DNA from: the human T2T-CHM13v2.0 reference genome, Homo sapiens
Assembly: GCF_009914755.1 (NCBI RefSeq)
Contig: NC_060936.1
Direction: 5' to 3' (one strand)
Length of the DNA stretch: 64,000 nt
Both the position numbers and the translations under genes were made by a program. Below, in pieces: positions 1 through 13,109 of the stretch (the stretch's first letter is position 1; the number at the start of each line of letters is the position of its first letter). The notes under the pieces are model-generated. The model saw only the letters and a list, made by a program, of their open reading frames with translations, ran no database searches and was not told the origin of the DNA.

Positions 1-1124
1 TCTATTACATCTGCTGAGGTCAAATTTAAAAATTAGAGTTTAGAGGGAGCTGTTCAGAGGAAGGAAGCGGATGACGTAAGTAGACAAATGACATAAAGCA
101 GAGGTGAAATGTGGCTGCAGCTTCATTTGAGGGAGCACCTGGGCTCAACTCGGAGGAAGCACTCTGCCCCAGATCAATCGCATTGACAGGGCCATACTCA
201 TATTGTGTTTCATCCCCTAAAACTCAGAAGAATAAAAAGAATAACAACAGTCATGATCATAATAATGGTTTTTGGAACCAGTCTATTTCATTAATATCCC
301 CTGCCTTCAGGTTGACTGTTCTGTTATCAATCACAAATTTATCAATCAGTGTTTAATATTCATCAGTGACTCTATTGGAATCACCACTGGCAATGGACTA
401 TTCTAAATTTATCAAATTCAACAAGAATTTCTTGAGCCCCTAAAATGTACCTGGCACCCAGCGGGGTGCTTGGGATATAAAGATAAGATAGAAGACCCAG
501 TCCCTCCCCTCAAACTCATGCTCTAGTGGAGAGGGACAAATCCAGTGCTGTGTGCTCAGTACTATGGTAAGGATGCAACGGGTGTCACAGGAGAGACTCA
601 CCTGAGGAGCCAGGAAGTGCAGGAAAGGGCTTCTAGGAGTGGTGACATCTGAAATGGCAAAGGATGGAGGAGAGGGATATTCAAGGCACTGGGGAAAGAA
701 TGAGCTAGAGATGTAGACTTGAATAACACAGCCGTTTACAACCTTCCAGCTTTGTGTCTAGAACTCAGGATGAACATGTGTATGGTAATATATGAATAGA
801 ATGAGTCTCAGAGTTTATACTACAAAGGATTCTGGGTTTCAGACTAATGAGTTTGGAATTTATTTTGACACTAATGGGAAGTCCCTAAAGAATTTTGAGC
901 AGGGGAGCCATATGATCAAATAGCATTGGCAGCAAATACTTACAGTACAACATAGTGGACACTGTGCTGAAAACATGACCTAAGTACTACAGAAATGCAG
1001 AAAAGGAGGGGGGTAAGGCTGTGCTTCCAGAGGAAGCCACATGTGAGATGAGTTTGAGAGGATCAGGAGGAGTTTACAGGCACAAAGGGAATGGAGAGCA
1101 TTTCTACTAGATGGAAGTAGGTGG

Positions 1125-1194
1125 GGGAAGGGAAGGAAGTAAGGAGGGAAGGAAGGAAGAAAGGAAGGAAGGAAGGGAGGGAGGGAGGGAGGAA
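1125..1194. repeat. (GGAA/GGGA)n purine-rich simple repeat
   Basis: ggaagggaaggaag...ggaaggaagggagggagggagggaggaaaa read directly. Confidence 0.85.
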
Positions 1195-1304
1195 AATTGT
1201 AAACACACTTCAATAAAACTGTGAAAATCTAAAGAAAACCTTAATTTGATTTAGATGATGTAGACTTGATTTACATTTTTATTATTGATTTTTTTCCCAA
1301 AGAT

Positions 1305-1573
1305 ATTTATTTTTATTTTTATTTTTATTTTTTTAAGATTTGATCAATATTTTATTTTATTTATTTATTTATTTATTTTATTATTATTATACTTTAAGTT
1401 TTAGGGTACATGTGCACAATGTGCAGGTTAGTTACATATGTATACATGTGCCATGCTGGTGTGCTGCACCCATTAACTCGTCATTTAGCATTAGGTATAT
1501 CTCCTAATGCTATCCCTCCCCCCTCCCCCTACCCCACAACAGTCCCCAGAGTGTGATGTTCCCCTTCCTGTGT
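1305..1573 (-). mobile_element. Heavily 5'-truncated L1PA (about L1PA3-4) 3' UTR end with A-rich tail
   Basis: ttatactttaagttttagggtacatgtgcacaatgtgcaggttagttac...atccctcccccctccccc is the reverse complement of the primate L1 3' UTR; (TTTA)n tail at 1305-1390. Confidence 0.9.
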
Positions 1574-2229
1574 GATTTTTTGTTTTTAATGATCTAAAAC
1601 ATCTAGGTCTTAAAAAGTGAAAAACATCCAAAATATGTCAGATTGATAAAGGAGTTGTAATCTGTTCTCTCTTTATCAAAATATAACATGATACCTTTCT
1701 TCAGTTATGATAATATCAGAATGGGATAATTTTGACAGTTTCCCAAAACAAGGTAGGAAAGAATTATGAAATACAGGACAAAACCAATAATCCAGAAATG
1801 TGAATTATATGATTTGCTTTGCCAGGGGCAAAGCAGTAATTCTGGGAATTTTTTTCACAGCTCCAAAATAGCAGGACAGCACCTTGTTATGTATCAGGCA
1901 ACAGCTGTGTGACTTTTTGCAAGCCACAGTGACCCCTGTAAAGTGGGGCATGGGAGGCCTCCTCTGGATTTCAGGTTTAGCACCTACCTACCCAAGGTGT
2001 GTCGTGTGCACCCTAAGCTAAGAATCAGTTACTGTATACTTCATGTACAACAGCAGCTTAACCGCAACAGCCACACAAACATACCACTATGAAATAATTG
2101 TCTTTGGGAAGATACAATGTTTAGATGCAATTTTCACTAGTGGAAGAGACAATCCTTTGAATTTCCATATGTAGCTATGTCAAACAGGAAGCCCTGAACA
2201 GTGGCTTTCATACAGGGTGAGAGGCAAGA

Positions 2230-2420
2230 AAGTGCAATGGGAAGGAGTGAGACCTATCAGCTGTGATGCTGGTTCTGCCAATCACTACTTGTGTGACTCC
2301 AGCAAGATATTCCCTTTTAGCCTTAGTTTGCCCCCTCTGTAAAATGGGGACAGTAATGCCAATTTTACTAGGTTTTTATTAGGAGTAAATGAGACAGAGT
2401 AGGTAAAGCACTTAGCACTG
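2230..2420 (+). mobile_element. MIR SINE
   Basis: MIR core-like ctgccaatcactacttgtgtgactcc...ccttagtttgccccctctgtaaaatggggacagtaat...aaagcacttagcac. Confidence 0.7.
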
Positions 2421-2625
2421 TGGAAGCTGAGAAAAATATTAAGTAAATGGAAGCTCTAGAAGAATGACAGCAAGCTATGACCATGAAGAGTAAGGCCAAG
2501 GACACAGGACACTGGGGGATATAGTACTCTGGGTCCTGTGTTCCCCACTCAAATGCTGCAACGATTATTCATTTTCAACATATGCATTGAATGGTTTCAT
2601 TTGATTGGCTTTTACCTTGCTGATA

Positions 2626-2945
2626 GATTTTAATAATTATTTAAAAAACAAACACAGCACTGGATATTAGCTGCACTCTACTATGAAGGAAAATGTATCA
2701 CTCCAACTGCTAGAGAGTATGTGCTAACAATGTAACTTTAGCTCTATTACCAACTCTGTAATTGTGGACCCATCATTTAAATCTTTGGCATGTTTCCTCA
2801 TCTATGAAATGAAAGATCTAGACTGCTCATTTACATGATTGGCCAACTCTCAAGTTTATTAATATACAGGATGCTGTGCCTATAGATCTAAGAGGTGAGA
2901 ACAAGGAGGTGATATGGAAATAGAGTGACTAAATTACTTGAAGCA
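2626..2945 (+). repeat. Diverged local direct duplication, copy 1 (partner ~4193-4505)
   Basis: Colinear exact anchors tatcactccaact, accaactctgtaat, taatatacaggatg and taaattactt at offsets of 1561-1568 bp. Confidence 0.85.
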
Positions 2946-4192
2946 TTACCTTAGACAGTGAGGTGAAATAAACACAGGTAGGAAGAGGAACACACTCTCC
3001 TGGGGCAAAACATTGACCATGGCTGTCTTATTTCTAGGTCTCTAGCATCATAATTATGTTGGCATTAAAGGAGCCACTCAGGCAATCTGCTCAGTTGAAC
3101 ATGTTAAGACCAAGAAAGGGAATGATAGGAGCTCTTAGTGTTTAGCATATGCCAAGCACTGTGCAAAATTATTTACTCCCTACCCAGCACCACTGAGCAA
3201 ACTGAGGCCCACAAAACAATTTCATCCTTTGATGAAGATCATTCGATTTCTTACTGATTGGTATCTGCCTCCATGGCTTGAGTACATAACCATTATGTTG
3301 AGCTGCCCCTCATGAGAAACTGTTTTGAAAACTAGATTTCATTTAATACGTTTTCAAGAAAGAACACCCTTATTTTCTAATGCACTCCCTCTGACACCTG
3401 ATACAGAGATGATAGTGGGTTTCTTTTTCAATGAAAATGGGCTCAAAGAAAATAGTGCAAGACCAAGACTAGACAGAATTTTAGACTTTGAATCACTGAG
3501 AGTCTATTTTTCTAAAGAGAATTTAGAAACAAGCAAATCTGAAGCTTTCCAAACACACAGGAGAAAACTGGGGTCCAGGGAGGCAGGTTAACTTAAGTCT
3601 GCAGGACATGCAGCTAGTCAGAGGCCACAGCAAGAAGGAATGATCGGGCCTCCTGACTAGCACATGATCTGCTTTTCTGTCTCTTGAATGTCACCCAAGT
3701 GTGTTTTCTGTTCAGTATTTTCCAGACTCTCCGCTTCTAGTAAATCACAAGTTCATTATAGTCACACCAAACACTACTTTGCTCATTTGTTCCAGTTATT
3801 ATTTTTATGCTACCTGTGTGTTCCCTCATAGACATGAAGTAGAAGAACATTTTTAACACAGGTTGTTTTCCTCCCACATCTTCAACACCTGATGACATTT
3901 AGCTGTTAGGATATTAGTCATTCTTCCTATGCCGATATGACTCAGTCTAGGACCATCTGGGAGCTAGAATCCATATTTTCAGCCTAGATTCACCAATGAC
4001 CTGTTAGGTGACCACTGGGAGGCCTTTGCCCAGGTTCAGTTCCATAAAAGAAGAAGGAATGTGGCCTTCTTTTTTCACATAGAGTCACTAGGATTTTTTT
4101 AAAGGTAATAACAAAATCCTAAGAATGTCTTGAGCATACATATATACTATATAATTAAAACTGTAAATAAAATTTTAATGAACATAATGACT

Positions 4193-4505
4193 GCTTTAAG
4201 TAGTTATTTTAAGAATAAACACAGCATTGTATATTGGCCATTTTAGACTGTAATGGAGGGTGTTATCACTCCAACTACTAGAGGACACATTCCATTTATG
4301 TAGTTTTACCTCGACCACCAACTCTGTAATCTTGAGCCACCATCTCACTTTCCTGTCATTATCCCATCTGTGAAATGAAAAGTCAGGACTCTGAAATTTC
4401 TAATACCATGTCAACTTTACTAATATACAGGATGTTTTGTCTAAAGACCCAAGAGGTAAGAATAAGAAGGTGGTATGGATATAGTACAATTAAATTACTT
4501 TAGGA
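4193..4505 (+). repeat. Diverged local direct duplication, copy 2 (partner ~2626-2945)
   Basis: Same anchors at 4264, 4317, 4421 and 4491. Confidence 0.85.
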
Positions 4506-4844
4506 AGCCAGAAATTAGGGAAAAGAAGAAGGAAAAGGAGGAGGAGAAAGAGAAGAGAAAGAGAAAGAGAAGCACTTGTCTTTTACCTGATGACTTCATG
4601 GGTCTGAGTCAGCGTTAATATGTGAGCAGTTTCAGACTGATGCACTCACAGCAGGTCTCCTCATAGTGGCTATTTTACCTAGAAAGCCAAAGTCCAAGGA
4701 GGACGAGCAGAAAAGTGCTTTTCGCATACTCACAGTAAGTACTCAGTGTGCTGTCCAGGGTCAAGAAAAATCCCCCCAAGAGCACTCCTATTGCCCTGTC
4801 CTGCTTTTTTAGTTCCTCTCTGCCTTTCAGACACTCAGTAAGTT

Positions 4845-5075
4845 ATTACTAAGGGCTTATTCAGGGACAGAAACCCCTCTAAGTGCTTTATTATGTACTC
4901 ATTTATTTAATCCTCACAACATCCTAGGAAATAGGTACTGATAGTAATTCTGTTTTACAGATAAGGAGTTTGAGGCAGAGAGACGCTAAGTAATACAGCC
5001 AAGGCAACATAGCTGTCAAGTGGCAGAGCAGGATTCAAACTCAAGACAGTTTATCTGTGATGCCTGTGCTGCTAA
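4845..5075 (-). mobile_element. MIR SINE
   Basis: atttaatcctcacaacatcctagg...ttttacagataaggagtttgaggcagagag...gtggcagagcaggattcaaactc is the MIR reverse complement. Confidence 0.75.
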
Positions 5076-6602
5076 ACATGGACTTGGAACTCTGGAATCA
5101 GATGCTCCTGTGTCCTTCCCAGATGAGATGGTTAACTGTGGGTACATCTTTAAACTGAGAACAGTAAACCCTACCTCCCTGGGTTGTAGCAAGCATTAAA
5201 TATGTATAATACTTAGTATAGATGGAGCTCTTAATAATTTTTTTCTTTCCCTTAGAAGTCTCCATTTAAATCTCTCCATTTCTCAGTCTATAGAGCTAGA
5301 ATTCTTCTTATAGATCATTCCTCACTTGTTACCCTTTCTCACTGTGGCTGATTTTGGGAACCTAGTTTATTATACATTGATTCATCTGGGCATAGAAAAA
5401 GGTATTTTGTTTTTCTACTGTTTGTGTCTGTCTGTCTGTGTGTGTCTGTGTGTGTATGCATGCACATGAACATGCTCTTGTTTTAAACCTTATTTTCATA
5501 TTTACTGAATAAATGAATCCTTCTCAAGGTTCAGCACTTGTTGCCAAAAAGAAAACAAAAACAAAAAAACAGAACACAACTGGTTTAAATTTGATAAACA
5601 GAGGTTTCCAGCTGCTATGCTTTCAATCTGGCCAAACACTTTATGCTCACTTTAAAATTTGTTTCCTTTAGTTTTCGAGCTCCTAACTGATATGCCAGAA
5701 TTGAATTATCTTTCCTCCTGATATCTTCACTGCTTGGTTCTATCCACATTTGGCAATTTTAAAGTTTCATTCATGAGAAAAGAGATGACCTTTGGAGAAA
5801 AAAAAATCATGACTCTTTTTTTTCCACCAATATTTTATTTACAAGCTTTATAGTAAATGCATTGCCTAAATTCAGTTGAATTTCAATCCTTAAATACTAA
5901 ATATGTATTTTTATTGATATCTCCTACAACAACCTGAGGTTGATAACTCAAAAAGCAGAACCTTATTTCTATGAGTAAATAATCTTCAAAAGCTTCAGGG
6001 ATACTGATTTTGCTGAAAAAATCTTACAAAAAGGAAAAATAAAACAGGTTGATAGAATTAGTAAAAAATTGTATACAGATGTTTTTAAAACTATAAAAGA
6101 GTATCATGAACAGCCATATACCAATAATTTTGAAACCTATATTAAACACATTAATTTTGGAAAAAATGTAAAAAGCCAATATTGACACAAGAAACAAAAA
6201 ACTTAAATGCACAAACCTATGAAATACATTGAAATTAAATATATAACATCCTCTCTCTCCCCTCCAAAAACTAGACTAAGATAGTTTTATGCCGAACTTC
6301 AAAGGAACAAGTAATCCTGACCTTAGATAAATTGCTCTATAACACAGAGAAATAAGAAAAGCAGCCCAATTCCTTTTATGAGGCTATAATTTTGTAACAA
6401 AAATTAAGGAAGGGCATATAAATAGAGAAAACTTATAGGCCAATTTCATTTAATAAAATAAGTGTAAAATCCCAAATACAATACTATCTTGCAGAATTCA
6501 ATGGAATATTGATCAAGTATTATGATCAAGTAGGATTTTTTTTTTTTTTTTTTACTCAGGAAAACAAGACAGACAAACTTTTTTTTTAAAATCCATTTCA
6601 TT

Positions 6603-6878
6603 GGCTGGGCACAGTGGGTCACACCTGTAATCCCAGTGACTTGGGAGGTTGAGACCAGAGTTTGAGACCAGCCTGGGCAAAATAGGGAGACATTGTCTCT
6701 ACTAACAATAAAAATAAATTAGCTGGACATGGTGGCATGCTCCTGTAATCCCTACTACTCAGGAGGCTGAGGTGAAAGGATCTCTTGAGCCCAGGAGTTC
6801 AAGGTTACAGTGAGCTATGATCATGCCTCCGCACTCCAGCCTGGGTGACAGGGCAAGATTCTGTCTCTAGAAAACAAA
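6603..6878 (+). mobile_element. AluJ-type SINE with a deletion in the left monomer
   Basis: ggctgggcacagtgg...cacctgtaatcccag...ggatctcttgagcccaggagttcaagg...gcactccagcctgggtgacag; degenerate TSD aaaatccatttcatt / aaattccatttaatt. Confidence 0.9.
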
Positions 6879-8059
6879 ATTCCATTTAATTCATGTTAAT
6901 GTACTAAAAAAGAAAAATTGCATAGTCACCTTAGTAGACATATAGGGGGAAAAACTTTTAATAAATTTTAATGTCAAGGTAATATGTTTAAAAAGTTAAA
7001 ACTGCAAATAATAGTTCTGTAACATGTTAATAAGCTATCTACCAAAAACCTACAGCAAGCATTATACTTAATGAAAAAACTTTTCACTCATTTTCTTTAA
7101 GGATGGAAACAAAGTTGATGACTCCCATAATTATTATTCTTCCTAGTGTTTGCAGAAGATTCTAATGTTAATCCTTGATAATTACTTACCACCCTCTGCA
7201 CTAGGCCCAGCTCTAGAGACCTCTTCCCTGGTACTCTCCCCATTGCAAGAGTGAACTTCCCATCCCATTGTTCGCAAGTGTGACCATCCCATGTCCAAGG
7301 AGGAGCATTAACAATTACCCTGTGGTTCTGCCATTGTGCTTTTTCCTCTGCCATAAGAAGGCGAGGTATCAGCTAGGGGTTGCTTCTTCCATCTGGATCC
7401 CAAAGAAAGGAGACAGAGCTGCTGTCAACCACAACCAATGGGGTAAGTAAAGGTGACCAAAAAATAGATCAATCTTTGATCTTGTAAACCTCTGAGATTT
7501 GGGAGTGATGTGATTTATTATCATAACGTAATGAAAGCTGACCAATATAGTACACTGTAGGTTAGGATGGCTGTTATTCAGTCTATTTGTGCAATTGATG
7601 AACAGGATAGGAGTTTTCATAGTTGTTTTTGATTTAGCCCTCCTCATCATCCTCCTTCTAGAATTGATAACATGTGATAATTAATGTTACTTTTAGGTCA
7701 ATTTGGTGATGATACTTGAAGTAGAGTTGAGATTAGTGCTAGTTTTTGAAATATTTTTAAAAATTAGAGAAGGGATTGAAAGAGAAATAAAATTTTTACA
7801 ATTAGATAGTATAATTATTTACAATAAAAACACAGGAAATTTTTTAAAGTGCTATTACTAATCAAGTTTGGGAAGATTGCTGGATACAAAATCAAACAAA
7901 ATTCAACAACTTACGCTAGCAAAATCATACCAAACGATACTCACTCTTCAAGGTGAAGAACCATAGCTCCCTGTAATTTCTGTGTGGCCTGTCCATGGTG
8001 ACTTCCTTTCAAAAAGTACCATATGGAAAGGGGGATAGAAAGAATAACTGTATATTAAT

Positions 8060-8361
8060 TCAAAAATTATAATAAACTTATTAATTTATAACACAAATAA
8101 TACTATTTAATGAAAAGTAACTATATTTTCCAAAAAAATTAAACAGAAGGATGGCATTATGTTACATTTCTGCAAATCTCTAATGTTTGGTTAAACTATC
8201 GTATCTGCTTCTGCATTATGGTTCATTTAGCTTCTGGAAAATGAGAATGAAAAGGTAAATAATTTCTTAATGTAAATATGAAAAGTATTTTGATCTTACA
8301 GACTCCTCAGAAGGGTATCAGAGATCTCTGGTAGTTTCTGGATTACACTTGAGAACCACTG
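8060..8361. mobile_element. hAT-Charlie (Charlie1-like) DNA transposon fragment
   Basis: aaagtaactatattttcc...tctgcaaatctctaatgtttgg... ending in the Charlie-type TIR ttgagaaccactg. Confidence 0.6.
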
Positions 8362-8403
8362 ATATATAATAAAAATTCATCTGACCTTGATGGGCACAAT
8401 TTT

Positions 8404-8710
8404 CTTTTTCTTTTTCTTTTTCTTTTTTTTTTTGAGATGGAGTCTCGCTTTGTCACCCAGGCTGGAGTGCAGTGGTGTGATCCTGGCTCACCCAAGCTCC
8501 ACCTCCCGGGTTCACGCCATTCTCCTGCCTCAACCTCCTCAGCAGCTGGGACCACAGGCACCCGCCAAAACGCCCGGCTAATTTTTTGTATTTTTAGTAG
8601 AGATGGGGTTTCACTGTGCTAGCCAGGACGATCTCAATCTCCTGGCCTCGTGATCCACCTGCCTTGGCCTCCCAAAGTGCTGGGATTACAGGTGTGAGCC
8701 ACTGCACCCG
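8404..8710 (-). mobile_element. AluY-type SINE
   Basis: T-rich tail, then gagatggagtctcgct...aagctccacctcccgggttcacgccattctcc; TSD gatg(g/a)gcacaatttt at 8389-8403 and 8710-8724. Confidence 0.93.
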
Positions 8711-9665
8711 ATGAGCACAATTTTTTAATTCTATTAAGAGATACAGAAAATATCTAAATAAGTTGAAGAATAAATCACATTCATGGATAGAATATTGAAA
8801 GATTTTTAAAAGTAAATTTCTTTCTGAAAATTGCTCAATATATTAAAAAAAGGAATTGCACCCAGAATTTCATCAAGATATTTATTGAGAACAAAAAGTG
8901 GATGGTAGGGAAGGAACTTAACAAACTGATTCAAAAATGAAAACCTTAGAAAAAGGGTACTCAAATAACAAATATGGTGTGGGAGCAACAATGGGGGGGC
9001 TATGTCTACCAGATGTTAAGGGTTTTTTTAAAACCACCTTAGCCATGTGGATTTTCTGTGAAAATGAAACTAGCTCATTTCAAAAGATGCTTTTAGAAAT
9101 CATTTTTTCCTCCACTGAACCAAAATACACTTTAAAAATCATCTCTGTTTTTTCTCCACTAAGACAGAAAAAAGAGCAAAAACAAAAAAAGCCCAAGAGT
9201 GTAATATTGCAAACTGAGCATTCAGTGATTTGTAGAGCTGGGGTCTGCCCAGTCATATGGAAAGGAGATGCTGGGAGCAGTAGAAGGGGCTGTGTTGAGG
9301 AGAGCTGTTGGGATAAAATGGGGACACCTCATCTCCACTCCTGCACTGGGCTGTGGCTGGGCACGTGGCACCTGCCAGTCAGCACAGGTGAGCTGGGTGA
9401 GTGGTCTCATCACCCCTTGGTATGTGCTGACGTGAAACAGCAGGCAGGAGAGATGAACAAGACAGGCTCTTCTTCCATTGCTCATGTATTAATAGCAACG
9501 TGGACATTTCACTGGGGCTCTAAGTGGGGAAACTCACTCAGTATTTTTGGCCTGTTCCTTCCAAAGAATCTAATAGCGATTCCTCCAAAATAAATCCAAT
9601 GGCTTCTCTCAGTACTACCACTGTAAGTGCACCTGACAGCCAAGTTTTGATAAATGGGCATGTAG

Positions 9666-10192
9666 AAACTCCACATTTTCCCCTCCTGAATGTTCCTGTC
9701 AGCCATTATTCTCCTCCCTGCATCTGAGTTTGACTGCTTTAGATACCTTATGTAAGTGGGAGGCAGTATTTGTCCTTCTGTGCCTGGCTTATTTCACTTA
9801 ACATAATCTCCTCTGGGCTCATCTGCATTGTTGCCTAAGGCAGGATTTCCTTCTCTTTTAAGGCTGAATAATATTCCATCATCAGTAGGTATAAAGTTTT
9901 GATGATGCAAGATAAAATAAGATCCAGAGATCTGCTGTACCACATCATGCCTATAGTTCACAATACTTTATTATATGCTTAAAATGCTCTTAAGAAGGTA
10001 GATCTCAAGTTAAGTGTTCTTACTGCCCCCCACCACCACACACCAAATGGGCAGGAGGAAACTTGGAGGTGATGGATGTTTATTACACTGATTGTGGTAA
10101 TGGTTCCTCAGATGTATGCATGTATTCAAACCCATCAAAATGCATACATTAAATATATGCAGGGTTTTTATTATATCTCAATAAAGCTGTTA
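9666..10192 (+). mobile_element. Old L1 (L1MA/L1MB-type) 3' end with inverted 5' segment
   Basis: 9666-9880 is antisense L1M 3' UTR (ctggcttatttcacttaacataat...aggctgaataatattccat); 9881-10192 is sense, ending tatatctcaataaagctgttaaa. Confidence 0.75.
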
Positions 10193-11130
10193 AATATATA
10201 TGTGTATATGTATTTATATACTTATTGATGTATATATTTTGTTGTTTTATATAAAATAGATATAGAAATAAAAGCAAAAATATAGGCAATGTTTGGAAGC
10301 TACAGCTGGCAGAAAGAGAAATTGCTAACAAAATTGGTTCCCCCAGGAACTCACCTTCCACACATGCTAGTTCACTGTTCCTGTCAGAAATCACTGATAG
10401 AGAAAAACCAGTGTCATGAGAGAGCAGGAAATGAGATGTCAACATAATGACTAGGTGTGTGGTTGAAAATGACTAGGTGTGTGGTTGAAGATGAATTTAC
10501 TCTTCCTGAAACGCTAGCTTGAAATGTTAAAGCTGATGCCTCTTATGGGTTTGAATACAGGCAGGAGAAAGAGTCCAGCTTTCTCTCTCTCGTGTTGAAA
10601 GATGGGACACCATGGCATGGAGACAGCAGGTAACCCAGACATAAGTTGTAATTATTGGAGAACAGGTTTTCTGCTTTCATGGTGCTCTGTTTAGGCTAAT
10701 AACATGGGAACTAAGACTGGAAGTGAAAGCGTATGACAGGGTAAGTATAAAATATCCATTTGTTGATCAGGAAACATTTATTGATGCCCAACTGTTTACT
10801 GAACACTGATAGAGGCATTAGGAATTTAACAACATCAACAATAATAATATTAATAATTAACATTGAATATGTACAATGTCCCAGATACTCTTTTGAGCCC
10901 TTGACAAATATGACCTCACTTCATTCTTACAATAACCTAAGAAGTGGATACTGATATTACCCACATTTTGTAGGCAAGGAACCAGAGGCTTTACAGATTA
11001 GGTGATTTGCTGTGGGTCATATAGATTGTAGTAGTGGAGCAGGGATTCACATGTAATCCAGTGGCAGGGTCTGTGCTGTGAGCAACAACAACAGAAAAGA
11101 GATATATTTCATTTTTCAAATCTTGAGTGG

Positions 11131-11425
11131 GGCCGGGTGCGGTGGTTCATGCCTGTAATCTCAGCACTTTGGGAGGCCGAGGCAGGCAGATCATTTGAGG
11201 TCAGGAGTTCAAGACCAGCCTGGCCAACATGGCGAAACCCCATCTCTACTAAAAATACAAAAAGTTAGCCAGGCATGGTAGCATGCACCTGTAATCTCAG
11301 CTACTCGGGAGGTTGAGGCAGGAGAATGACTTCAGCTGGGGAGGCAGAGGCTGTAGAGAGCTGAGACTGCACCACTGCACTCCAACCTGGGTGACAGAGT
11401 GAGACTCCATCTCCACACAAAAAAA
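11131..11425 (+). mobile_element. AluS-type SINE
   Basis: Full dimer starting ggccgggtgcggtggttcatgcctgtaatc; TSD aaatcttga(g/a)tgg at 11118-11130 and 11424-11436. Confidence 0.95.
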
Positions 11426-12098
11426 ATCTTGAATGGTAGGGGAGACAGAAACAAGTAAAGGATAAAATACAATAAATAAATAATACTAGTTATGAAAGCT
11501 ATTTGTTATTGAGTGTTTTGCTCTGAGCAGCCAGCACGGTGCTAAGAACTTTACCAAGGTTTTCCCACTTAGTCCACCACACGAACCTATGGATTAGAGT
11601 TGTTCTCTTCAGCTCATGGAGTGAGAACTGACACCAAGGGAAGAGAAAGTGACTTGCAGATCACCCAGCCACTGAGAGGAAAATGTGGACTTCCAACACT
11701 AAAATCTTTATCTCCAAAGTCCAAATGCTGAACTATCTTCTACATGGAAAGGCCACTAACCCAACCTTGCTGGAGGGTGAGAGGGAGGTAGATTAGGAAG
11801 ACTTCCTGGAAGAAGTGGCATCTAAACTGACAGTTGAAGTTTACATAGAAATAAAATGCTAATACTTCATACTTGAGTTGACTGTATGATTTTCTAACCA
11901 AGTAATCAGTTACTAAGATGATGTCTATTTGAAAGAGTAATTCTACATTTACGAGATTCTTTACACAGAATTGCAAGAATCTTACTATTTGGGAAGAGAA
12001 TTGAGATTATCTCTAAGTCTGAGAGAGGTAAAACGAAGATTCCAAGTGACTTTTCACCTAACCCACCCTTGTACTCCTTGTCTTTCTATATAAAATGA

Positions 12099-12450
<352 letters not shown>

Positions 12451-12464
12451 TTTTAATACATATT

Positions 12465-12615
12465 TTTTAAGTGAGGGTCTCACTCTGTAGCCCAGGTTGG
12501 AGTGCAGTGGTGCAGTCATAGCTCACTGCAACTGCAAACTCCTGAGTACAATTGATCCTCCCATCTCAGCCTCCCAAGTCACTGGAATTACATGTGTGAG
12601 CCATTGTTTCCTGCT
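12465..12615 (-). mobile_element. Old Alu monomer (FLAM/AluJ fragment)
   Basis: gagggtctcactctgtagcccaggttggagtgcagtgg...gatcctcccatctcagcctcccaag...gtgtgagccattg. Confidence 0.8.
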
Positions 12616-12656
12616 AGTGTGAAAAAAAAGCACACAACTAACTCAACTAGACTATG

Positions 12657-12711
12657 GAGAGAGAGAGAAAAGAGAAAGAAAGAAAAAGAAAGAAAGAAAA
12701 GAAGAAAGAAA

Positions 12712-12759
<48 letters not shown>

Positions 12760-12760
12760 G
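12657..12760. repeat. (GAAA)n tetranucleotide microsatellite
   Basis: Read directly. Confidence 0.95.
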
Positions 12761-13109
12761 ATCGATCCTAAAATTTCTTGATATTTCTTGAATTCTTAGA
12801 TTTAGCCATGCCTCAATTATCTCCGTATTCTCGAGTTATATGAACCAATAACCTTTCTTCTTTAGTTATGTTTATTAGAATTGCACTTCTGGTCATTTAA
12901 AATCAAGAGTCCTAAATGATGTAACGACTATTAAGGAGTCTCTGATTCTATAAGGTAATCAAGTTAAATTGGTGCCTGCATTAAACATTAACTTCAAAGA
13001 AAATCCTCAAATAAGAATAAATCTAAATAATAGAACAAATACATAAAGACCTTGTTGTCTTAAAAAGCAAGATGAGAGAGGAAGTGAAATGGGAGAAATG
13101 CCAAGAATA

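Larger units (their letters stand above)
5985..9060 (+). mobile_element. Old fragmented L1M ORF2 remnant interrupted by Alu, LTR and DNA-transposon insertions
   Basis: Degenerate ORF2 motifs cccaattccttttatgaggc (~6365), aaaacctacagcaagcattatacttaatg (~7045) and ttgctggatacaaaatcaa (~7878), in L1 order. Confidence 0.6.

Noticed and set aside
8937-9593. 218-aa plus-strand ORF
   Set aside because: Starts in decayed L1, has no recognisable domain or splice structure, and is probably chance. Ribo-seq or PhyloCSF would be needed to rescue it.
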